DNA of 64,000 bases from Auanema rhodensis (lineage: Eukaryota > Animalia > Nematoda). Both the position numbers and the translations under genes were made by a program. Each line of letters begins with the position of its first letter. Within the stretch, counting starts at the first letter, position 1. Under the pieces are notes generated by a model. The model saw only the letters and a list, made by a program, of their open reading frames with translations, made no database searches and had not been told where the DNA came from. The stretch covers positions 5,766,001 through 5,830,000 of the forward strand of contig OZ059900.1 in NCBI GenBank assembly GCA_964057225.1. The letters are read 5' to 3'. Positions 41,668-55,839 of the stretch are shown here, one piece after another.

Positions 41668-44600
41668 AAACAGAAATTCGGAAGCATGGAATTCGATAAA
41701 TATTTTCAATCAGTTTGACCAGTTTCTGTTAATTTTATAAGATTTCAGACTATTCTTAAAGAATATCATTTTCAATAATGTTAAATAAATCAGAAAACTG
41801 TTTGAAAAAAATTAATCAATTTTTGAAACTGGCAAAAAGAATAACATTCAAGTGGAAAGAAGAAAATAAAATAAATGTAAAAGAGAAAAAGAGACTGTTG
41901 CCTGTAAGAAATGGTCTGTGATTGCGATGTGAAGGACACCCGAATGAGTACAGACGCAGACTTTCGGAAGCAAATACGTAATATGATATTGGAATATAAA
42001 AAGGTTTTTTTAATTGGTTAATATTTTTGGAAAGCTTGTATAATTAGAAATCTTTAGCTGTTAGATTTGAAATGACAAATGCATATTTTTGATAATTTTG
42101 TCGGTTTCTTTGTATAACAGTATGTGTTATGTCACTATTTTCACGTTTTTCATTTAATTTTTTCAAAAACTGTTTATGTGAGCACTTTTCAATGATATAT
42201 GACGAAAAGATAACCTATCAAGTCAAAGTTTTGACATATATATAATTTTCGATATTTGATTTCTCTCACTTATTATTTCTCAAATACCCGCTTCTCTTTA
42301 TTTTTTCTTTCAACTCACACCCGTTTCAATAAAAGAAAACTTATTGTAGGCTGACTGAAGTCGTAGAGTGGCGAGTATGTACATAAAACGTAGGTGCAGA
42401 TCGACGTTACTCAACTCCGTCAAACCATTTTTTCCGCTTTTCTATTCAACTATTTCTCATCGTCTTTTTTTTTGTTGATTGACCAAACGCGAAAAATCTC
42501 AAACAGTCGCACATCAACAAGAGGAGCAAAAGTGGATGAACGCGTTGATTCATTTACTACGCATTCTAACTATGCTGTTGTACTATCATGATGTCATTCA
42601 TTAAAAATTTGCTGAATTAAAAGAAAGAAGAATTCATTCGTATAAACAATCTATGTTATAACCCTTTTTATCTTTTAAAAAGGTTACAAAATATATCGAT
42701 AAGAAAGAAAAACAAGAATATTTCCAATTTCTCAAACGCTTAGCAATTAGAAATATTCCTATAGTTATGAAAAATTTTTCTTAATATAGTATGAAAATGA
42801 TGGAAATGAAATAGAAGAGATGAATGAAAAAAAACAAATTTGACGGTATTGACAAGTGACAATGTGATTGCAACCTAGAATTGGACTGAAAAAAAAAATT
42901 TAAAGAGGCAGATGGTGTGTTGAAGAGGCTAATGTGCACAAGTATGTTCAGCGTAGTTCGAAATAACATTGAATGAAGAAAATATGACGATACTGCATTC
43001 TGAAAATAGTTTTTTCCTTAAAAAAATGAATAGAAGATCAGACAGCAAAAGTCATAAGAAAACTTTATTTCTACGGAAAATGAATGCCGAGAACGAAAAA
43101 AAAAATAAAAAAGGGGATTATAGATTAAAAAGACTTAGCCGTCTCACATCGTACCCGTAAATATTTCTTTTATAGAATTGTAGAAATAAAAGATCATTTT
43201 CATTATTTCATAATTTTACGGAATATCAGCTTGACTAAGAAGAAATCATTATATTTTCATTATATTGTACATAGTAGTAGCTGAATTATTTGTGTTAAAA
43301 CGTTGAATAAAAAAATTGATCATTTCTCATTTTTCTTCAGCATAAATAGAATCTTTATAATAATTTAATTAGATAATCATTTCATTAAGTTACGTAACAT
43401 CTTATTATTGTTAAAAAAAAGTAGATTAACCTTTTAAAAATGTTTTTCTTCCTCAAAATTGGAAAATATAGACACTATCACAAATCATTTATCAAAACCT
43501 TGCATCTTTTTTCATTCTTCCATGCACCACTCTGTAAATTAAATATCTACGATTGTTCCAGATTAAAATTGCGGAACTATTTTTTTCAAAAGATGAATGT
43601 ATTCATTTGTTTCAAAAAAAAACTGATTTCATAACATTGCGTCATATTATTGTTATTGTTTTTTACTAATTTGTCTATGTTCTACTAAAGATAGCTCTAA
43701 TATTTTGTATATATTTCATTTTATATATTTTGTCATAAAATTTTCAAAAGCATTTTAATTTTTTTTCAATAAGTACGACCAAGAACTTGTCAGATTATAC
43801 AATTTCTAAAGTGAGACTTAGTTAATGCATTGAATAATCAGAAGTATACTAAAAATATAATTTTAATTCTTGATATCCCCAGATTAACAGCATTATTTCA
43901 TTTCTTCTAATCTTTCTTATTGTTAAAATCTATTCTTTTTTTTGGATTAGACGAGATAAAATTAATAAAATTAATCAAAATGTTGGAAGTTGGGCTTGAT
44001 AACTCCAATATTTTCTTCCTTTAATCAATAGATGCCTATTGTTTCATTTCAAATTGTTTGTTTTAGTCCTATTTACATGAAACACTAGATAATATCATAT
44101 AGAGTGATGATGCAATAGTAAACCAATTACCATCTTCACTGCTTCCGCATCTGCTCCAGCTTCGTATATGGCTATCGAATTGGGTGCTCAGTTTTGTCAA
44201 TTTGAATGAGCCTTCTTTTCTGCATCACTCACTTTTTCTCTATTCGTCTCATTCAAGTTCAATGATCTCTTTTACTCCTTTTATATTTTTTTTTCATTTT
44301 CACATATTTTCTCTTCAAATTCTGTCAATTTTTTTCCTATTCAAATAGATATTTTTTTTCTGCTATAGAAATTAATATTAAAACTGCTTAATTTATATTC
44401 AAATATTTTTTTTTGCTAATTTAATTCGCTCTTATGCATACTCTTGCAGTTTTTTTATATTATATTCATATTAAAAATGGTTTTTTTCAGTTTCTTAATT
44501 AGCACGCTCATATATTAGTAGATAGATTCGGAATACAAAATTTAATATTATTTATTACTTCATGTTTTATAATTTTCAATTGAAATAAGCGTATACTATT

Positions 44601-46883
44601 TAGATAAATTGAAGGTTAGTAAATTTTTTTTTGCTCTGACGTTCTCAAACGTATTCTTTTATTAAAATTGTTAGCGATTATCTTTTTATCCCACAATACT
44701 GATAATCTCTATTCTACTATGTGGTTTCGTCAGATTTCATTCACATTTAATTTCGATATAAAACTTTGGGAATTGCTTTTATCCATTTTAACAATGAGAA
44801 ATTCGTAGATATAATCGTATTTCGAAAAACCAATATACAATAAATTTGCTTTTACATTTCAATTTTGGTTGTCTTTTTACTTTTTGATTACAATATATGA
44901 ACATTCATATTTTGTACGCATTGCCTCACATTGAAACATATATTGGCATTGCGACTTGAGGAACAAACTCAACTTATGTTTTCTCCTTTTTTGCCCTTCG
45001 GTCTTTGTCAACTATTGAAATTGTTTCATTAGCTCTCATCACGCGGATAGCCCTTCCTCCCACTTCACATTATTTCATTCCACGCATTCTATTTTATTCA
45101 TTTAATTCTTTTTCTAGTTGGCCGATTCATATTGTTGCTACAATCAATTCATCTTCTATCCCATTTAATTTTGGTCGTTTTCAAGCTTTTTGCTTGAAAT
45201 ATGAAAAAAATTGTCTTAACGCTGTTCACAATTTATTCAATAGAATTTTCATATTATTCTATATTTTGATGAGAAAAATATTTTATTGCATTCGTACCTT
45301 CCCATGTTTTATGGTCACAATTTGGGCCAATTTTTATAATGTTTATGCGAAAATTCTCTTTGTAAGGCTATTTAGATTATGCATTTAGTAAGCATTGATT
45401 TGTGAAAAATATTTTACAATATGATTCTCTGTTTGAATTTAATTAAAATTTTTTTTCAATGCTCATTTTTATTCAAAAAATGGTCTTGATCATAGTTTTT
45501 GATAGTTTCGCCACTGCACCTGTGGTAGCTTTCCATGGTAACAAAACTTGTTTCAGCTGTTGCAGCAACCACTACCTTCTTATTTTTTGCTCCATTTCCG
45601 TTTGCATATCATATATAACATACAATATTTTTATAAGATGAATACATGTAAAAGTCACACAATTTTCTGAAGGTTTCAAGATGCAGCTTCGAATTATGAA
45701 TATAATATTCTCATATTTGAACAATATTATTGTTAGATATATTCATTTCCTTTAGTGTGATTTGTCTGATTACTTTACGTTTTTCTCATTGATAATCTTT
45801 TCTACAAACTCTTTTAATCTCTTTTTTTCAAATATATCTTTAACTGAAAACTGTACTAACAAGTTGATAAGACAGCTTTTGGCACAATACATTGAGATAC
45901 ATTATAGAAGAACTACAAATCGAAAACTTAAATGTTGGTTGTTCAACAAAAAAAAAAAAAATGTTGATTTTTAATATTTTATTACAAATCAGAAAGTAAT
46001 TCTGTGAATTTTTGTTAGTTGTACTATGTCTTTTATCCATACATAGTTCATTTCATTTGTACTTCATTTTCTTTTTTAACAACCAAAATTAATTTGGATC
46101 AATTTACTTTGCTGTATTTTTATTTGCAGTTTTATTCTTTTTTTTTTCTTATTTGCTTCAGTGCTCTTTTATGTTCATATTCAACATACATATATTGTTT
46201 ATTATATTATAGAATTCTGCGGTTCATAAGCTTTATTGATGATAACTTGAGCTTTAACTACATTTTCTATTTTCATGAAAAATTGCTATTTCTGCTGACG
46301 AAAAATATAAAAAAGGTAAACTTTTCACTTTTGTAAATAATCAATTTCTCATATTTTTTCAGATAAAAGTGAACTATTGTTTTGGCAAGGCGAGAGAAAA
46401 TACTTTGTTCTGGTGGTTGAAACACAAGTTCGTTCATGTTTGATTTTATTCGAAAAAGACGGAAAACATACGTTGGTTTCAATTATTTTATCTCCACGTT
46501 TCAATCCTGAAATTCAAAATTTAAGTAGAAAAGTGAATGAGCACATCATGTCTTTAAGATTGTATGAAACATCTACATCTTTTGCATATAGTTGCACACA
46601 AATATTTATTACGAAACTATTTCTCATACTGCTCAGACGGTTTTTTTTGTGACTGAAAGAGAACTGGTTCCAAACTTTTTTCTCCTCACTTTCTAATTGC
46701 TTCACTTAAAATACAAACAAACGGTAGAATTATACACACACCGAGTAAATGAATTACAAACATTGAAAATCAGAATGTTGCTCATATGCCCCAAAGCACA
46801 CACAAAAGTTTTCCAATAGACTGGCATGCTATGTATATTCTGCATGAAGCTTGAAGACAAACGAATGTATATCACATATAAAT

Positions 46884-48156
46884 GATGACGTGTCAAATGT
46901 AAATAAAAAATAGAACATGTGGGTGAACCAACCGAAAAGATGAAAAGAATTTCCAATCATTAAGTACTCGCGTACTCGCCAATATTAGCTGATTTTTGGT
47001 TTAGAAGATGTTGCTTTAAGATTGTTAGTCAATTCGAATCAGAAAGGATTTATATTTAATTTTTAACCAAAATTAACTTTTATCTGATCATACTTTGTTA
47101 TATTTCTAGAAATGTTTCCCATGTTTTAATAATTTTTACCCCGGGAATATGGATGTTGTTATTTCTTCAAATGAGTTACCAAACGTGAAATTTTTCTTCT
47201 TCTTTTCGACTACAAGGCTTCCATTTTTTTATGGGTATTTACATATCTTCACCACATATGGATATATGGCTTAGCCAATATCTTTTCAATTTGTCGTTCG
47301 TATCCAAATTATTTTGTCTCATTCAAGGTTCAAATAGAAACCATCTATACAAAAAGAATAATTCATCTAGATTTACTTGTTATTACGGAAATATTTTCAT
47401 TTCTTCTTTACGTTTTCTATTACATTCCCTTATACTGCTTCTATCATTCTCTATTTCCTTTTCCGTCTTTTCCTCCTCATCATCCTCATCGTCATCCGAC
47501 AGCCACGTCAGTTTCTACTTGAACTGAGTATTTGATTGCTGGGTCTTTCGATGTGCTACTCTGTGTGTCTTGCATGCAGACTTGTGTAGAGAGAGCGCAG
47601 TCAACACTACATATAATGCGAAGAAAGCCTCACAGCCTCTGTGCAGGCAATCGATTGTTCGCTCTCTGCATGTTATGGCCTCTCGCACTCTGCCCTCTCA
47701 GACGAATACGTGTGTTTCTCTGTCTCCATTTGTCGTTTGTTTTCTTTAACTCTCTGTTGAAGCTCACTCCATTTCCAGCTTTTTTTTTGTCTGGTTCTCT
47801 CAATATAATTCATCTTTCTCTGTTTTTCGCAGATATTTTCATCTCATTCGTTCTCTGTCTTTTAGTTTTTTATCCAGCAGTTTCAACCGACGGCTAGATA
47901 TAGGCGAGTTAAAATGAAGTGTTCAGCTGTCTGTCTGCTTCTTTATCTTCTGAGCCATAATCTTCTCGTATCTTTTGTTCTTCATTTTCGTTGTGGTATT
48001 TAGCTGTTCTTTCTCTGAAAATCTATGAAATACACATACTATCTAGATTTTTCATCTTAAACACTTCTTTCTCACGGAACGAAGGATTTTTAATAAATTC
48101 CACAACCGCATACATTTCATTGATCTCGTGTCAAACCCCTCAATAGCCACGTCATC
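46884..48156. promoter_or_regulatory. Probable distal promoter region of TMEM184 with three TGACGTG(G/T) UPRE/CRE-like sites
   Basis: GATGACGTGT at 46884(+), TGACGTGGC at 47502-47510(-), GATGACGTGGC at 48146-48156(-). A GC-richer, CT-rich island spans 47460-47950 with a strong acceptor tttttcgcag ending at 47832. Confidence 0.4.
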
Positions 48157-51100
48157 CATTCTCATTATTGAGCTATTTTCTTTGAAAAAAAGAAAGTAAT
48201 TGTTCTTTTTAATGAAATGAGCGCACCCATTTCATTTCTCAAATCAGATTTTCAATTTGAACACATCAGATGTGTCACATGGTACAGAAAAAGCATTGCT
48301 GTGCTAGAAGAATTTGAAAAAAAAAATGAAATTTGCTATTGAAAAACAGCAGCAGGAAAAGCAAATGAAGTAATGCCAGCGTTTTGTCCTGCAGCGCTTG
48401 TTGATCCTACGCGAATTCTCGAGTAATCCATGTAGTCACAAAAATGTTAAAATTGAGCAAAGAAAGTATAATTCACAAGTTTTATTCAGCCAATAGCATA
48501 AATTACATTGCCGGGGTCAAGCATTCCTAAATTCTATTCTGGCTGTCTTCTATAGCTTGCTACTACTCATTACATATTTCGATTTGTCAATATATAGCCA
48601 ACTTCTCTTACTCATTCAAACGTTATCTCTCATCCGTTTCTGAAACTTCATTTGCATTCAAGGGCATTAAAAAGTTGGAAAACTTCTTTATTTGCAGCTG
48701 ACATTTTTCTTCATTGAAATTGAAATATTTCAAAATTTCGTTTGTCTCTCATGCATAACCTTGTAAACTAAAATATTGAACATTATAATCTCTTAAACTA
48801 GTTTGCTTTATCAGTTAACACTTTAGTCATTTTTTGTTCCCTGTCTTCGTTTCCAGTTTTAGAACATTTTGGCCATTTTTTCGTTTTCAGAAACTGTTAT
48901 ATTTTAGTACATTTTCGACAGTAATACAAATTATGTGATTTTGTCTGTGTATGTCAGCCTCTTATTTCTCTTTCTCTCCGAATACATCAAATCACTTCAA
49001 ATCGACCTCATTTTGTGCCTCTCCACATTGAAAAACTTTCAAAACAGAATGACTAAACCATGAATGGTTTTTCTAAATCTCAAATCAACAAAAAAAAAAC
49101 AAATTTCAGTTAAAACACTGTTTTCAACTCGGATCCACTTTCTTATCTCTTTTTTTGTCTTTTTCCTCTTCTTTTCAACTTCATGTTCTTTTTTTTCTTT
49201 GTGTGACCATTGACGATGTGCTGAGTTAGTTGTCTAGAACTGCCAATAACAACCACATCCGTTAAGAAATTTGTTTTTTTTTCTATTCTAAAGCCTTTTC
49301 CTACATTTTATATCTCAAAACGAACAAACACATTTTTGCTCGTCAATACTTTATCCAAAAACAAAATGAAAAGCCAACTGTTCACTTTTCACCATCAAAC
49401 GCTTTTAATCATTTTTTGAATATTTAGCATAGCTTTATGATTGATTTGTGAGCTAGCTGACACAGTTTTGCATAATACACCACCCCAATATGATATAAGG
49501 TATTTACTGCTCTCCAAGCTGTGTATAAAATGAAGACGAAACATTTTCGTATAACATAACACAAAAGCTCGTGATATTTCTTCATTTTTCATTTGCTATA
49601 AACATTCAGTAATCATTAAATATCATTTACTCTATATATGTTATAGTATATTCAGCTTTTGAGTTTTGTTATTCATAAACATTTCCTTGAGGTACTCACA
49701 CAGACACACACACAGTGAACCCACATACATTCCATCTATGTGTTGACTGTGTGTGTGTCCAATATATATAGATAAGTTTTTTCCATAAAACTATATGAAG
49801 ATGTAGAGAGCTTTTGAAGTATAAAAAAGAAATAAAAAATAGCAATAATCATACATTTTCTATCTTTTATACTGACGACAAATTCACTCATTTATTATAA
49901 TTAAGTCTTATGAGTATTCTTCTTCATTTCCTATTCAATTTAAAAGAAGACATAATAGGCAGCAACTTTTTTCTTATACTAGTCAATATTACTCTTTTTT
50001 AACATGATCGTCATAATCTATATGTTAGAAAAACATGTACGCCTTTATAAAACATATAATTTATTATAATTATTCATATATGATTAAGATAAACAGAATC
50101 ACCGTCATTTTAAATATTTTCCAACACATATTTTTTTTGAATATTTCAATTCAAGTAACACTTAAAGTATCCTGATTTCTTTGTAATTTCATTGAAAACA
50201 TTTAACTTCTTTTGTATTGGTCTTGAACAGAACTTATGTCCCGCAAATTTGTAGTATTTTGAAATGTCATACTATATGCTCTTTTTACAGTTAAAGGTCT
50301 AACTTTGTTTTTGTGCTCAACCACGATTTACCGCAAGGGGCGCCAAATAGTGTTAACACGTATCAACTGATTATTTGGTTTTTACTTTTGATGGAATGTT
50401 TAGCCTATTATGATCAACCGTACGCATGTGTTAAGTTTTCGTATTCAGTATTCATTTAAATAATTTTTTTAAATTCAACCTTTTTACAATACACAAATGT
50501 TGTAATATTTTCTACTATTTTGTGGTATTCGAATACAATTTCCAGCACATCATCTTAAAGCTGTAACAATTCTGAGGATTGTGAAATATTTGGTCACTGC
50601 GCATCTTAGTAGCGATATTTTTATTGATCTAGTCGCCATCTTTTTCCGCAGGCCCAGGGTTGATATTTCGTTTTAATGCTATAGCGCTTGATTCGAACAG
50701 GATCAAGCCACTGGTTGGAATTCGAGATGAACGAGAATTTAGAAGATGGGCTTATCTGACCATCATTCTATCGAACTATTTCTTCATTGTTCTTCGACAA
50801 TCTTCCTTGATGCGTTTCTTTATTTATTAGATTGGAATATCTTCTATATTTTTTATGCGTTATAAATACAAAATCTTTAACTTTTTTCCATTCATTTCCA
50901 AAGTAATAGCATGATAATTTCTCTTATTTTTTCAGTTGTTTTCGATTTAGCTAAGTAAAGCTTTTATCGAAAGCGTTAATCGATAACAATCCAAATCATT
51001 AATCAATAACAACCGTTGAAGCTTTTTTGCTTCTTTCGACAATGACTTAATGGATGATTAATATAATGATAAAACACGTTTCATTATTTTTTTCTCAATA

Positions 51101-52144
51101 TATTTTTGCTGTTTTTTCATCTTTGGGTAGAATTTCACTTCTTTCCACGTTGCCCTTTTTCATTTAATTTTTCATGAAATATTGAAAACTTTTCTAACGC
51201 TATTTGGCTGCGAATTTGGGTGAATTAAATATATATGCACATTAAGCAATTTGCTGTTATGAATGTCACTCACAGGGTATTGAAATATTCAATCATTTTA
51301 GATTTTAATGATTGGCATTCGGATGAATCACTTTGCTCCGTATTGCAAAGCATATAAACAGATTGATAATTGATTGTGACTAATTGGTATACGTTTCATT
51401 TTTTTTCTGTTTTTTTTTGTTATTTTATTGTTACCATTCATACCATTCTTCGGCATTGAACTCATCTTACTAACGTAGCCAAATGTCGCTACTGCTATTC
51501 AATCAAATGGTATTTTTATTTCTTGTAACTGTGGTTTTTATTATTTTTTTCATTTCAAACACGCTGAAATATTTTTGTCTTTTTCTTTCACTCTTATCTC
51601 ATAATAATCATCAGATCTGTCGATCTATTCCGTTATATATCGTCATATGAAATCGTAATTGTCTCTTCATTATAATTTTTCTGTTCAACATTTTTTCCAA
51701 ACTTCGATCATCTAATGGGAGTATATTCTTCTACTTAATTTCATGACGTTTGTCTATTGTTTATGTTTACGTATTTTTTGTGTTTCAATTTGTGCCACGT
51801 ATTTTCATATATTTTATCAAAAAAAACTTGTTCAGATTTCTTTTTTATCGAACTGCAACAAAGTTACTGTGCCATTTTTGTTATATTCTTTTAGTTTCTT
51901 AAGATATAAACGATTCCATATAAAACTTTGGGGACACAGTAAAATAGATTGACAGTTCAATAATTCTTCCACTATTCTCTTATCAGTGTGCACTAATTAT
52001 TGATCGATACTTGATTATGTTTCAAATATTGAAATCACTTCCTATTATTTGTTTTATTTCTTCATATATCGTTGTTATCGCTTCTTCCACTTTAAAATAC
52101 TTTTATTAACTTATTTTTTATTTTGTAGAAGTAATGCAAATATA

Positions 52145-54048
<1,904 letters not shown>

Positions 54049-55831
54049 GAATATAATACATCAAATAAGAAAAAATAAAGGTACAATCATAAACGTAAAA
54101 ATGTTTATGCTTGTTATTGCAAATTTTTTCTTATTAAGTGTTTCCTATCCATATAATATACAAATTTTCACACTTCCTGCTGCTTGCTTAATCTTGCAGT
54201 AATTAGAATTCTAAAACATCGCTAAGCATTTTTTCGATTATTCCCCCACACTATTATTCCGTTATTTTCTGTGTTTGTTACTCTTTGCCACCGCACATTT
54301 CTCTCCAATTCTTTATGTACCCGGTGTACTTCTTTTTTAGTTTTCAACTTAATATAGAGTATGTCCCTTTCCAAATGGCCATAGAATCATCTCTCTGAAC
54401 TCACTTGTTTTTGTTTTGTTGGTGAATTCTACCAGTTGAGTAGATAGTGCTAAACATGACCGCAATGATCCTGAAAATAAGTTTTCATTTGCGCTTCACT
54501 GCTTAAACAGAACTGAGAAAAAAAAAACCTTTTTTTTTTCAATTTGTAAAAGTATTATTACTAAACAAAACCAGCCCATTTTCAAGAATTATTATAACTA
54601 AAAAAGAAGTTAAACACCAAAAGGTCTAATATCTTATCTCTCCTTGTATTCCAGTTATATTAAAGAGAGAGTATAATAATTTCTAAAAAGATATTTGCCT
54701 TTATCGGTTATGTTTCCGCAAAAAGTGCAATGTTTTTAACTGAAAGAAGCTTGATTTGTGAGATATGCAAAGATCAGATTTAATTTCTGATTTTTGTATT
54801 GGTCAATTCTAAATATGAGAATCAACGACTAAAAATATCAGTTAGGCTATCTTATAAGGATTCACCAATTCAAATAGAATGCCATTCTCTTATTTATTTT
54901 GAAATCTTTTATGTCCTGTATATTATGATGTTTGATCTGGTTAATTGCTATCCTATATTAGTGTTTTTTGAAACTTTTGGTTCACGTCGCTAAGGAATTG
55001 TATGGTTAATGCTATGCTGAAGAGTAGAAGTACGAATTCGATTAATCATCGTAATTCCTTACGCATCTATATTACAGTTCACTACACTGTAACGAAATCG
55101 AACCAATAAATGCATCTCTAAAATAAAGTTAAGAGGTTGTTTTATAGAATTCACCAACTGTAACTCAACTTTTTCTCTTTTCTTCTGGTTCCAGTTCAGC
55201 CAGCTTAATTGCTTTGTACTGTAACTTGCCATTATCTTCTAGAAGAATATCCGAAATCCGTTTTTTCTTCATGTACTATTTGAATGGTATCAAAATTATT
55301 CTCAAACTTTCTCTGTTTCTATTACTTCCCAACAAATATCCATTTTATATTAATCATCAATATTCTATAATTATAGCTGGTGAATGTTCTGTCTTTTCAT
55401 ATCTTCATTAGTAAATCATTTCCTTTTCAAGTGGTTGTTGTCATTATTTAAAAATGGCCTAAACAAAGTAAATTGACTTTTAGTGGTTTGGTATATGCTT
55501 TCTCAAATTCTTACACAACAATAAGAATGCGATTTTCGAACTGTTGAACAGCAAGCTTGGCAGTTGCAGCTGTTTTAATATCTCTTGTATCGAAACGACT
55601 CGATGGGATCATACGCTGGCGACAAGGGAAACGAGGATATTTCGGGAATTCATTCACATTCAATACACAATATGACAGAAGATCAATTACACATAATAAC
55701 AACAGTTAAGTACAAATGACAGCCGGTCGTCTAGTCATAGATTCCCAGACATAGAATTGTTGTTCAACAAATTTGAACTAAAAAAAATCTAAGAAAAGCG
55801 TAAACTAAACAGATCTGTACAAGAAAGAAGT

Positions 55832-55839
55832 TCACGTGA
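55832..55839. promoter_or_regulatory. TCACGTGA E-box (CLEAR/HLH-30-TFEB-type) about 2.6 kb upstream of asp-4
   Basis: The palindrome TTCACGTGAA spans 55831-55840. An ACTGATAA GATA site lies at 56837-56844. Function is inferred only from motif identity and the lysosomal target gene. Confidence 0.35.

Noticed and set aside
43152-43225. TACCCGTA, a miR-51/miR-100 family seed-like start
   Set aside because: The complementary pieces are separated by a large asymmetric loop, so there is no pre-miRNA-like stem.
45005-47897. Several 60-127 aa Phe/Leu/Ile-rich ORFs in the attractin-TMEM184 gap
   Set aside because: Their composition reflects T-rich non-coding DNA. They show no motifs and no consistent exon chain.
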